Positions 33,756 to 45,699 of a stretch of DNA of 64,000 nucleotides are shown in pieces. Every line of letters starts with the position of its first letter. The first letter of the stretch is position 1. Source of the DNA: Scyliorhinus canicula (lineage: Eukaryota); assembly GCF_902713615.1 (NCBI RefSeq), contig NW_024055482.1:124001-188000 (forward strand). The letters run 5' to 3'. The translations under genes were made by a program, and so were the position numbers. The notes under the pieces were generated by a model that worked only from the letters and a program-made list of their open reading frames with translations, did not search any database and was not told the origin of the DNA.

Positions 33756-36029
33756 GTGTTCTGTATCGATGTATGGGGGCACCAACACCTGGAAGTTCCT
33801 TTCCAAGACACTCACCATCCTGATTTAGGAATACACCGCCAATCCTTCACTGTCGCCGAGTCAAAATTCTGGAACTCCCTCCCTGGCAATATCCCGGTTA
33901 TCCCTCCGCAACATGGACTGCAATTATTCAAGGATGTTTCACATCTAAGCTTTCCCGGGGGACACTTCGGCACATACAATAAAATCTGGTCTTGCCAGCG
34001 CCTCCAAAATCCTAGGATAGGATTAAAAATAAAATGCAAAGGGATTTCTCCGCTGCACTGACCCATTAAATAGATCAAGTATTGCAATAGCACGGAATGT
34101 AACCCAATAAATCGCTCTCTGCATTGCCGAATCGAAAATTCCCAAGACCAATATATCACTGCTTAAAAATCAACCAAATCTCCTTCTACAGCCTGTCTGG
34201 CGTTGCTGAATTCTTTCTGTCACAATCTGGATGAGGAATCACCTTTCTGAGTCGCCTTGTCAAACATCAAGTATAATTTCCACATTTCACACAGATACAA
34301 GTTCTATTGAAGGGCTTGATCAAATTGCACTCCCTGAAATACTGGAAAATGAAGCAGAAGATTTACAACCAGTCAGGAAGATTCCTGGTCCCAGCACAGT
34401 GGTCCGCGCGCAAAGAAACTGAACAGACACAAATGGCAACAATCGAGTTCCAGCAGATAGATCTGTTCAATCTATCAGTTTCATGAAACTGTTTGATTCA
34501 AATTGATCAATGGTCAACTTCCGACAACAATAATTCAGTAATTTATTTGAAATTAAACTGACATTAATTTCAAAATCATATTCGACTTTTAACTATTTTT
34601 CCCTGTCTGTCTCAAATCTCGATAATTGGGCAAAAAGTAGTTTTGCTGAAAGTGAGCAGATTACATATCACAGATTCAGGGTAGATTAATGACGGAACAG
34701 AGACTCAGTGACAGGGCAACAATTAAACAAACCAGATGTAATCAGCAAAAGAATCAAAGCAAAATAATGTAATCAGCAAAAGAGTTTAGCTGCACACAGC
34801 AGTGTAAAGAAATGTATTATTTCCTAAATTCATTTCAGATATTATTAAAATTCTCTAAAACATTTGAGATATTGCCAGGATACCACTCAATTGTGGGAGG
34901 TCATTTATGTTGAATTAATTCTCACTGATATTGTATTGTAAGTTATTGTTAATTGTCAGCTAATCCTTCATTAGATTATCTGTACTATAATAATAAATAT
35001 AACAAAAATAGCTTTCAATAATCCCTAATTTGTTTTTACCCAGAGCTTTATGAAATAATTGGGGTTTAATTAAAACAACCTGACAATCAAACAATGTTGA
35101 GCAATAAACTCCAAATTATTCGATGGAAACATCTTAACATTTAACTGACTGTATTCACATTTTAATTTTTTTTACTCCAATTGCCCTATTCGACCTACAA
35201 ATGTGTAAAATATGCGCCTTTCTGAACACATTGATAAATCATAAACTCCATCTATTCGCAGAAAGTAATGAATATGACGAGAACAGCTCAGTAATATTTA
35301 TTCAAATCATTTGTAAAACTGACCCATTATGAGCAAGTAGAGTCGACAATTTGATGTTGAATTTAGCATTTAATAAAATTTAAGACTAAAGCTAAGATAT
35401 AATCATTCTTTCTTTCCTATCATCTGTTCTTCCAATTCTATCGTGTGTAGAGCACAGCTATGGGAGACAGGATGTCATTATAAAATACAAAGGTACTGTT
35501 AACCTTTTGTAAATAAATAAATCGGTTTGACATTCAAGCTTTTACTTTTCAATCTCTTGCCATACGCAGTCTGAACTTTCCTACAATACAAATAAAATCA
35601 TGGGAACAATTCGTTGATTGGCAGCGACTTCCACATCTCAGAAACCAGTTTAAGATTAGATTAATGATAATTACCTCGCTATCCAACTACGCATTACAGT
35701 GAAGGTATAATATGGTTGCAGCGGCACTGAAATAATAGAATAACTGGAATTACAAAGTATTTCCAGCCTAGAAACCTGTCCGGTCATGTTAACCTCGTGC
35801 GGAACACAGCAGGATTGTGAAAGGTGATTAATGATGAATTATATTAATATATAATAACATTAGGTTAATATGGAGTTGTATCACCGCATTGCAATTGTTT
35901 GAATTATATAAATGTTACTATGTTCTGCATGGGCGTTTCAGTCATTATTTCGTTTAATCTGGAATCTTCAGTTAAAATTACAAAATGCATCAACATATCT
36001 TTATTCGATTTTTTCTTAAGCCTGGCTGT

Positions 36030-37360
36030 TTTCTCCGGACAATCGCCCTTCAAGCACTTCCAAATGCCTAAACCGTTTGCATTCAACCAGAAAGCGTGTA
36101 ACCGCTCAGTGTCACCGAGTTTAAACAATACAGAAACAATGCAGAAACGCTGAACCGTTTGACAGATCTGAATAATTTAAAGTCACTCAGATACACAATC
36201 TCCTCAACAGAACAAAACACTAAATCACACCAATGAAGGACTGAAACCCGTTTATGGAGAAGCAGCTCAACTCCACATCGAACAGGATCAAACTTAATAT
36301 TGCAAGAAAATATCAATATCCAGCAAACCAGCTAGTCACCAAATGTGTGAATTATTAAAGTAAACAGAAATGTTCCCGGATATTAATAACAAATAAATAT
36401 TGAAACTTAACCATGTTTTTCACACTGAGTCATTTTTCAAGCACATTTAAATGCTTTTAATGTTTACAGTTGATGGTAAAAGCTGCAACCATCAGATGCC
36501 ACCGAGATTAAACTTTGCACGAACGGCAAACTGTGATTGCAGCAACAACTTGTGCTCGGAAAGGCTTTGTGGTAAAACGTGCCTTAGATTAATCTGCAAT
36601 TTTCACTTTTTTTTCAAGATGCACTAACAGCCTCCCTGTTCTCTGCCTACAACCCTGCGACAGGCAGTTTCAAATACGTATACTCTGCATTCAATCACAA
36701 ACCGTGTAACCGCTCAGTGTCACCGAGTTGAATCAATACAGACACACCAAACCGTTTCACAAACTTCCCTACTCAAAGTCACCCAAAAACATTCCTCAGC
36801 AGGAAAACACCAAATCACATCACTGAAGGAGTGAAACATCATGGAGAAGCAGCTCAATTCTACAAACACTTCCAAAAGAATCAAATGTAACATTGCACGA
36901 AAATCTCAATTTAGAATGCACCAAACCCGCATGTCATCAAATGAATGAACAGGTAAACTAAACAGAAAACTTGATTAATATCATCAGCACTTTCAGTGAG
37001 CAGAACATGTTCAATAAGATAATACAGAAACTTTAGCACATTTTGTCAATATTGGGATCGATCTCAAACACTTGTGCGGAAGACGGTGCAAACTGCAGAC
37101 CGAGATTAAACATCGTACAAACAGACGTTTTGTATTTAAAGTAACCCAGCCACACAGTATCCTCAGCAAATAAACATCAAATCACAGCAAACAGGGACTG
37201 AATCCCTCAGCAGCATCTTTCTGTCAAGAAGCCGCGGGATTCTATATCCCCCTTTCAGCAGAATCAAATGAAACATTGCAACAACATCTCAATACATGAT
37301 CCACCAAAACACATTTCAGTGAATGAATGGATTTTGAAAATGCAGAAAAATATAAAACAA
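36030..37360. repeat. Diverged ~600-bp tandem duplication plus a partial third copy directly 3' of JH
   Basis: GTGTAACCGCTCAGTGTCACCGAGTT at ~36095 and ~36704; ATGGAGAAGCAGCTCAA at ~36253 and ~36841; ACCGAGATTAAAC at ~36502 and ~37099; third partial copy ~37135-37330. Confidence 0.8.
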
Positions 37361-37403
37361 ATACTCAAGTAAAACAGTTGGTAAATGACGGAATGGTTCT
37401 TAC

Positions 37404-37451
37404 CTGCAGTCACCGTCACCATGGTGCCTTGTCCCCAGTAGCCGAAGTAGT
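37404..37451 (-). CDS. IGHJ: JH segment
   Basis: YFGYWGQGTMVTVTA + G|GTAAG donor; WGXG motif. Confidence 0.97.
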
Positions 37452-37490
37452 CACAGTGTCACATTCCCTGAGCTGCTCCATACAATAACC
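37452..37490 (-). other. JH 23-RSS
   Basis: Nonamer GGTTATTGT, 23-nt spacer, heptamer CACTGTG. Confidence 0.95.
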
Positions 37491-37812
37491 GCATCTGCAC
37501 AAAATAGACAGAAATCCACCATTATTTTAAACATTCACAAACCAACGGCAAAGAAAATTCACGATTAATTTTCAGGAAATTATATTAATATTTGTGGATA
37601 CCGTTCTCTCTTCGTAAATGACCGAATGTTTTACATTTCACAGACATGGAAATGTTATTGAAAACACCAACTGTGACTAACTAACGACCACCAAATTTCC
37701 ATATTAATTCTTATTATTTTGTCAGTGCTGGAAATAAATAATGCTTCACTGTAAATAAAGTTGGATTGTAAAATCGAGCACTGAGCCAGCCTCAGTGAAT
37801 TAGTGCTGAGGG

Positions 37813-37878
37813 GCTTTTTGTATTGACAGTAACTGCTGTGCCTCAGTTATCACAGTGAGACACAGCGTGTCAAATACT
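37813..37878 (-). other. IGHD: D2 segment (ATAACTGAGG, 37841-37850) with 12/12 RSSs
   Basis: 5' side AGTATTTGA-12-CACTGTG; 3' side CACAGCA-12-ACAAAAAGC. Confidence 0.93.
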
Positions 37879-38188
37879 GCGGCAGACTGTTAACTGTAAA
37901 TACAGAGATTTAATTTCACTGCGCTCTCAAAAACCTAACTCTGTCTCTTCCAAGAGCGAATGGGTGAGTTATTTCAGCTTGTCTGTGTCATTAAATTTAT
38001 AAAGAAGATCGGAACACTTTTAAACCCTCTGGGCAGATTTAGCAGTCGGTCAACAGAGATAAAGTGGAAGATTTTTATACCTTTTTGCACACTAATATTA
38101 CTTCCAAACTTTGTTTTATTTAAAACTCATTTACACTGCCGACCCTGCTGTGGCGCTGATCACCAATTTGAACAAGCTCTTTCTCTGA

Positions 38189-38269
38189 GGTTTTTGTATG
38201 AAGATGTCGCTGTGCACAGCACTGTGACCCACTGCTGTAGTCACAGTGACAGACACCCGCACAAAAACT
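38189..38269 (-). other. IGHD: D1 segment (ACTACAGCAGTGGGT, 38227-38241) with 12/22 RSSs
   Basis: 5' side AGTTTTTGT-12-CACTGTG; 3' side CACAGTG-22-ACAAAAACC. Confidence 0.95.
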
Positions 38270-38638
38270 GCACTCACTCTCTGTTCAGTCCTGCCGCTCA
38301 ATATTCACTTCAAATACACGTTTACTTCTGATCTAATTTACAATTTATACAGCAGTTTATCAAATCCAATGTACATAGATTTTCCCAAGTATCAGAAATA
38401 ATAAAACGATGATTATATTCAAGTCTGTATTTGCTGAAACTGTGAACAGTAAATATAAACAGACAAAAGCTCATCCTATTAGATCGATTGGTTTGTTCGG
38501 TTTCACTGTTTATTTTCTCTGTGTTAGTTATGTAAGAAGCAGCGTGTGCAATGACTCTGATCACTGACATCAATATTACATTTGGATCAAGTGCTGACCT
38601 TCAGGTTAAGGTGCAAGTTGCTGAATTCCCTCTCGAGC

Positions 38639-38677
38639 TGTTCTTGTGCGGGTCCAGCCATGGTTCCTCTCGCTGTG
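38639..38677 (-). other. VH 23-RSS
   Basis: CACAGCG-23-ACAAGAACA. Confidence 0.9.
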
Positions 38678-38982
38678 GTTTCTTGCACAGTAATAGATGG
38701 CGGTGTCTTCGGTCTTCAGACTCCTCATGGCCAAAGAGAAGATGTTGTTCGAAGTGTCTTTGGACGCAGTGAATCGATCTTTAATTACTGGGGCGTAGCT
38801 GTTGCTGGATGAAGTATAGTACCGAAGCAGCCACTCCAGCCCCTGCCCGGGAACCTGCCGGACCCAATGCATGGCGTAGCTGCCGAGATCGAACCCGCTG
38901 GTTTTACAGGTCAGTGTCAGGGAGCCTCCGGGACGCCCGGTCTCTGCCTCTGGCTGAGTCAACACAACATCCGACTGGACAC
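38678..38982 (-). CDS. IGHV: VH exon
   Basis: (R)[101 protein letters not shown]. Canonical Cys/Trp/Cys; ttttacag acceptor. Confidence 0.98.
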
Positions 38983-39108
38983 CTGTAAAAATATATCAAA
39001 AAGCCCGAGGATTAATGCTGGTGAAATGATTGGTGACTCTGGAACATTCCATAGAGACTAACACTGAGACAGTAACAGTGAGAGACTTGGACAATAAAAA
39101 CTACTCAC

Positions 39109-39154
39109 GGGATAAGAAAGTCAGCAACAAACTGAGAGAAATGGCCCACCTCAT
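39109..39154 (-). CDS. IGHV: VH leader exon (an in-frame upstream ATG at 39166 is possible)
   Basis: MRWAISLSLLLTFLS + C|GTGAGT, phase 1 joins the VH exon. Confidence 0.93.
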
Positions 39155-39244
39155 CCTTCTGGTCATTTGGGGGAAATGGTTGTGTCAGGAACTCAGTGAA
39201 CAAACCAGCTCCCGGACTGTTGGATTCGGGTCCCAGTGAGCGGC

Positions 39245-39272
39245 ATTTAAATACCCGGCAGAAGGGGGCGGC
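39245..39272 (-). promoter_or_regulatory. VH promoter core: TATTTAAAT box and adjacent GC box
   Basis: Plus-strand ATTTAAATA at 39245-39253 and GGGGGCGG at ~39264-39271, ~90-110 nt upstream of the ATG. Confidence 0.6.
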
Positions 39273-42200
39273 TTTCCAGGCGCCGCCTGTTGATTCTCTG
39301 GTGGAGGCGGCGACTTGATCCACGTCCTACCTTCCACACCCCCAACAGAATGGACTCAGAGATTTACTATAGATTATTATTTAAAACAAACATTAGATCG
39401 GTATCGGTATATTTGTTTGGAGAAATGGATTAATTGTAATGTCTCTCCTCACCCGAATGGAGAATTATATTTGAGCATCTCTAAGTAAAATCTAATTTCA
39501 TTATATATTAAGTCTCATTATTTCTGCACTCCAATATAAAAGGATGAACATAAACAGATTAAATTACATTATCAGGGAACAAATAGTCTGTCTGTCTGAT
39601 TTGCAACACTCTCGGTTTCTATCCCATTACAACAATAAAGTATAATTTATCTGACGAAATGTAACTAAATGAGGGAATGAATGACGTGATTACATTTGCA
39701 GTGCGGATGGCTATCATTGTTCAATGTGGGCCTGTCGACAAGAAGAAACTCTAACATTGCACAATGTCTCTCTTTACATTTCTGGAACTACCCCTGAGCC
39801 TCAGACAGTCCTGTGAACATTAGCGGTAAAAGAAGCCGCTTGCCTGATAATTCAGCAATGAGTTGACAGCGAAACATAAAATTCACACCAGCTTTTGACA
39901 GAAAAGTTAATGAATCAGAACGGACGCGGCGATTAGCAAAGTTATCCTTCAGCATCCAAATCATTGCCGCTAATTTTACTGACCAGCGGCTGTCTAACAT
40001 TCACTGGTGTTGGGAACACAGGATATCAGGACTTTGCGGCATACTAAACAATATCACAGGAATAAATGTTTTATCTTCCACTGAAGCTGGTCATGAACTG
40101 GTCATTTCTCCACTCATTGGGAGCAATGAGAGGGACTGTTAAATAATGGAAATCAGCACAAATTAAACTGTACAGAACACGGTGTTAATCGGGTATAAGA
40201 GAAGACTCCGTTTAAAGGAGATCAACAACTCGGAGAATATTCCAGGATTCCCCGCGAATTCAATGCAGTATTTTAAAACTTTTAATTCATTTTATTTTAT
40301 TTTTTGTAATTGGAGTCATCTTATTGAACTTGTGGATTGGGTCCACGAACACCACTCACTCTCACTTCATTAGGTTCTTAACAAACGGACTTTAATAACT
40401 AGAGTGACCTTTACTCAGAACTAATATAAATTAAATAGCATCTGGTCAGGTTACTATTTTCAGATTGTGTTTAATCTCATAGTGAACAAAACATTCACTG
40501 CATATATTTATTTGCATGGAACACCATTTAAAACGTTTACTTCATGTGCGACTAAACATTTATTGTTTGAATGGATAAATCCCATTTAATCCATTCATAT
40601 TCAAGCTAATCTGCCCCACACAGTATTTGGCAGCAATCCAGCCGCCTGCAGTCAGGGAGGCTCGAATGTTCAATGTTGTTTACAGGAAGCATCTGGATTT
40701 GTTTTTCAGAGATCTGTTTGCTCAGTACTGACCGCTTGGCTGCAAGCCAACTTCAAACTCGTAACATTGTCAATGAGGACTATTTATAAACAAATCTACC
40801 CAGCAACAGCACTGGAGATCATTTTATGTTTTAAATTGTGAACCTATTTGAACTGCTCCAATCTCTAAGGAAAGGAGAGTTATCCAGCTTCTCTGTACCC
40901 TCTTAGCAGCAATATCCCGCTGGAGGATCTATCCCACATCTAATAACATTGTGATGATGGGTAGACATGCAAGCAGACTATCAGACAGACTATCAGACAG
41001 AGGGTACATTTTGTAATAGATAAACATGTAGTTTTATGTGGTTTTCCTTTTATTCTTCCGTGGAATTTGGGACTCACTGTCAAGACCACCGGGTATCCCC
41101 TATCCCTAATTGCTCTTGAGCTGGGCCAGCTCAGAAGGAACTGAAGAGTCAGACATGTTGCTATCCGATTGGAGCCAAATGTAGGTGAGACCAGGGAAGG
41201 ATGTCAGATTTATTTCATTGGCGAAGCAGAGGGGAGTTCATGGTGACCAGTGGTATGTTTTTTCGATTTATTAATTGAACTCAAATCCCCCCACAGACTA
41301 CGGGAGGATGTGTACCCAAATCCCAACAGAATTAGCCCAGGCCTTTGGATTATTGGTTCAATGACATTAATACGCCCCCACCATTCACCCAAAAGATAAT
41401 GGGTTACTGCTTTGATGTAGTGATGGATGTTGGTTTGATGCGTGAATATTTTGATTGTGGAATTAGTGAATGGGATTGATGGATGGATGGCTAGATGGTC
41501 CTGAAAGATACTGTTCTACATTCTCAATTTTGCACTTGATGGTTTCACAAATTAAAGCAGGTCCGTTATAATTTGTATCAGTCTAATACATTCGGTGGCT
41601 AAAGCTGTTCTGGGTGAATTCCATCCCCTGACTATCGGGAACTGACGAAATGGACGTCACTGAGAGGAAACTGGAGATATTCCTACGGTTCTGGTGATTC
41701 TTCTCTGCTGATGGTGAATCTTCATCTCAAACACAGAAAGCGGGAACATGATTACATTGAGAAGGGGCAGCTGTATTTTTTGGAACATGTAATTTCATGT
41801 ACAATAAGTCATTCAAGATATCCTCGCCCAAATCAATGGAGACACCGGACCTGGAACAGAAATCCTGTGAAACTCTGTGGACAGCTGCAGACGTTGAATT
41901 ACTTTCCAAAACAGTGTAATAACAAATTGGGAAGTAAAGATTCATTAACGTTACATTAGGTACAGGTATTTTAATTTCTACCGACACTTTAAAAAGCATC
42001 TCATACCCCAGTCTGCAGATTCTGTGTGACGATGAGGTGATTACTGACCAATACAGCGCAGAGGCTGCTGGGTAGCTGCACATAATCCTCGGTCTGATTT
42101 AATTCCATTTCACATTGAATTCCGGTGCAGATGTGACTTCTTGGTGGCAGAATGGTCAATGCTAACTCAACTAAATTTAATCTCAATAAATTATGTTAAA

Positions 42201-42449
42201 CATACGAATATAGAAATTAGGAGGGGAAATAGGCAATTCAGACCTTCGAGCCTACTCCGTCATTCAATCATCATGGCTGATCTCTTCCTGGTCTCAAATC
42301 CACCTCCCTTAAATTAATTGCATTTGCATTTTGTGAAGGAAAGTGCGGATCATAATTGGTGAATGTAACTTTTTATATTGTGAGTTGATGTTAATTGATT
42401 GATATCATTATTTAATTTTGTGCATTGTGAAAATTGGTAATATTCGCCA

Positions 42450-43270
42450 CGGAATTGCTAAACAATGATCATCTCCAGCAAAGTAGAATCTAACCATCGC
42501 CACTTGATATTGACTGATATTGCCATCGCTGAATCTCCCATTATCAATACACTGGGGTTACCATTGACCAGAAACTGTCCTGGACTGGCCATATAAATGC
42601 TGAGGCTACAAGATCCGGTCAGCGTCTCGGAAGCCTGCGGCGAGCAACTCACCTCCTGACTCCCAAAGCCTGTTCACCATCTGCAAGGCACAAGTCAGGA
42701 CTGTAATTGAATACTCTCCAGTGGCCTGGCTGGGTGCAGCTCCAACAAAATTCAAAAAGCTCGACACCATGCAGGCCGAAGCAGCCCCGCTTGATTGTCA
42801 CCCTATGCGCAAACACTCATTCCATCCACTATCGACGAACAATGGCAATAATATACCACCCACAAGATGAGCTGCAGGAACGCAGCAAGTCTCCTTTGAA
42901 ACATCTTCTAAACCCAGGACCATTACCTCCCAGAAGGGAAAGGCAGCTGACACCTGGGAAGATGACCACCTGGAAATTCCCCTCCAAATATTATAGTCCC
43001 TGCTCTGCTGACGATGTCGAATGTTTATTGAGATTGATGAAAGTAAGGTGAAGAGATCTACCTCCAAATCACTCACTATCGTGACTTGGAAATATAACAC
43101 CGAATCTTTGCTGTCACTGGTGCAAAAACCTACTACTGCCTCCCTAACAGCATCGTCAGTGTACCTGCACTAGAATGACTGTAGAGGTTCAAACAGGCAG
43201 TTCACCGCCTCTTTGTGAAAGGCAATTAGCGATGGACAATAAATCATGGCCTAGCCCTCGACACCGGCAC
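42450..43270 (+). mobile_element. Old CR1/L2-type LINE 3' fragment
   Basis: Same family as 30700-31930 and 45700-47400 (LTITESP..N.LG.TIDQKL.WT.HIN; YKAQVR..MEYSP). Confidence 0.65.
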
Positions 43271-43799
43271 CGGATAACTTAATTTAAAACTGTACTTTGT
43301 GGAACGGTGGCAGTTTGTGAATCTGATTATTTATATTCCTAAATGAATGAAAATTGGTGAATATAATTGCTATGTTTCTGATCATTTATGACCTATGCCT
43401 TCTCTGCTGGAAGACATAATCCATCCCGGAGGAGATTCGTGATGCAAAATCATAACCAATATCTGAAAATAAAGTGGACAGAGGAGACTGCAGCAACTAT
43501 TGACATAACGCACTCATAGCAGCACTGGGAAGGCCTTTCCAATGGTCATACTTTAAACACTTCATCTGCTTGCAGGTCGAATGTTGCTGGAAAAAAGGGG
43601 CTGTGTTTGCGTCGCAAGATTTACTCTGGACAAGATCTGCTCCCTCTGCCACATGCCTACCTCTTCGCCTTATGTTCGTCAATCTCAATAAAAATTCCAC
43701 ACTGTCAGCGGAGTAGGGACTATATGATTTGGGGAAAATTGGCTGACTGCTGAAGCTCCCCTGTCGCATTCACTCCTTCCATCGCAAAATGCACTGCAC

Positions 43800-44900
43800 T
43801 GTGCAGATTGATGATTCCACTTCCGAATGATTCTAAGTGAATAATTGAGCGAAAGAGGACCGTGTCATTGACCCAACTCTATTCAGCAGCTTCCTCTCCA
43901 TGCTGCTGATCTTCGCCTTCCCTGAAGATATGGATGACTCCACTTGCACAGTCGGTAAGGCTGCAACCTCGGCAACCTTTCAGTCATGAAAACGGAGACA
44001 TAACCAGAATACACCCTCATCAGAGAATTCCTCTATGCTGAAAGTTGGATAATCCACACAAAACATCACCGACAGAGACTCATGGACTCTGTCCTCGGTG
44101 CCTTGTATCTTGTTCTTCCTTACCATACGCATGAGGAAACCATGGCAGTGGGACAAGGTGTTGCACTCTCGCCATGGTCACACTAAATAAGAGCCGGTGC
44201 GCAGATTCTGCTGTCGAGTTTCCACGGTGAGAGACTGCCTGGATGTAGAATGTGATGCTGTCATTGAGAAAACAGATACGACCTTTGCTTTACTCATTGA
44301 ATGTTCATGGAATAACATCAAGCTGACCCTTTGGAACAAGCAGGTGGTTTTTAAGGCCTGAACGCCCAGAAACTTATTGTATGTCTGTGAAACAAGGAAC
44401 ACCTGCACCTGTGAAGAAAAATAACTCATCCAATGTCATCTTTGTTGTCTGCAATGCATTATGGATATTTACCGGCCGGACAAAATCAGAAATGCGGCAG
44501 TTTTCTTAAAGACAGAGCTTGCAATTCTCTTCAAGACAATTAAAAGGAGGTGGTTTGCACATTTCCAGTCTGGTCCCTAAATGGGACATAGTCACACGAC
44601 CAAGGAATTTCCACTTTGCGAAGTAGCCGGAGCCACGCACCCAGTGGGAAGGCCGATATTCCACTTCAAGGATTCTTCCAAGTGTGATATAATGTCCCGA
44701 AACCTAAACATTGATCACAATTGGGTGTCATCATCTGCAAACTGAAAAAAATGGCGACACGTCCGGTGGGCTGGTGTGGGCCACCAGAAACAGTGGATTT
44801 AGCAGCTTTGAAATGGACACAAACCGAGAAAATGACAACCCAGAAAGACAATTGGGAGCTTCATGTGCTACATTTGTGGAAATATTTGCTGTGAATCTAT
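43800..44900 (+). mobile_element. Decayed RTE-clade LINE RT fragment
   Basis: TLIREFLYA, N.KLTLWNKQVVFKA..LLY.CET, GRP..HFKD motifs in broken frames. Confidence 0.6.
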
Positions 44901-45699
44901 TGGAAATAGAAGGATGCCGTGGCCTTTGCGAAATTTAATTGTACGCAACATGTGCTTCACATAAACACAGACACACACACACAGTCTCTCACACACGCAT
45001 TCTCTCTGTCTTACACGCACACCCATATTTCCCCTTTAAAACTAAAATCCCATGTGACCTTCCTGAAGCTTCGGACACAATGGCCCCAACCATTTTGCGG
45101 GTGGTATAATGAATCAATAAACTCTCCCCAACACTATGTTTGTTAGATGAATGTTACATTTCCCATGGACTCCACACAACCTCCAGGTAAACATTCCTCT
45201 ATTTAACAAAGATGAACAAAGATGACCAGGAATTGAGCCACTTTGCTCTGGTGCTGAACTCAACGTGGGAGAATCAGCCAGCGACACCTGCAATTAGTTA
45301 CACCTTAGAATTTGGCACCTCCCGGAGAAGGCGATGTGATATTACATTTGTGCAAATGGATTATGGATACATCAACATCATGGATTATACATGACAGCGA
45401 CATTTTCACAGTAACTGCAATTGCAAAGTTTGGCCAGCAGATGGAATTTAAATCGAGATGTCTTGCATTACATGAAGCCGACATTGCCTCAATAATAACT
45501 GCTGCCTTTGCTAATTTTAAATTGGACTCCATCCGTATTTTTGTTAGGCTAGCCACTGTCTCAGTTTTTATACACGACACTCTGTTTCAATTAATACTGC
45601 ACCAGTACTTGTCAATGTTTATATCACACAATCAATGTGATCCTATTTTCAATATGCAGGATCTGTCTCTGCAGTTTTGCCACATCCAGTCCTGAATAG

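Noticed and set aside
36095-36125. Extra JH relics in the triplication (minus strand reads NSVTLSG)
   Set aside because: No WGXG motif and no heptamer/nonamer upstream; the resemblance to VTVTA is superficial
37404-38982. Germline-joined or pseudogene cluster
   Set aside because: V, D1, D2 and J are separate with intact RSSs, and all exons are open and in phase
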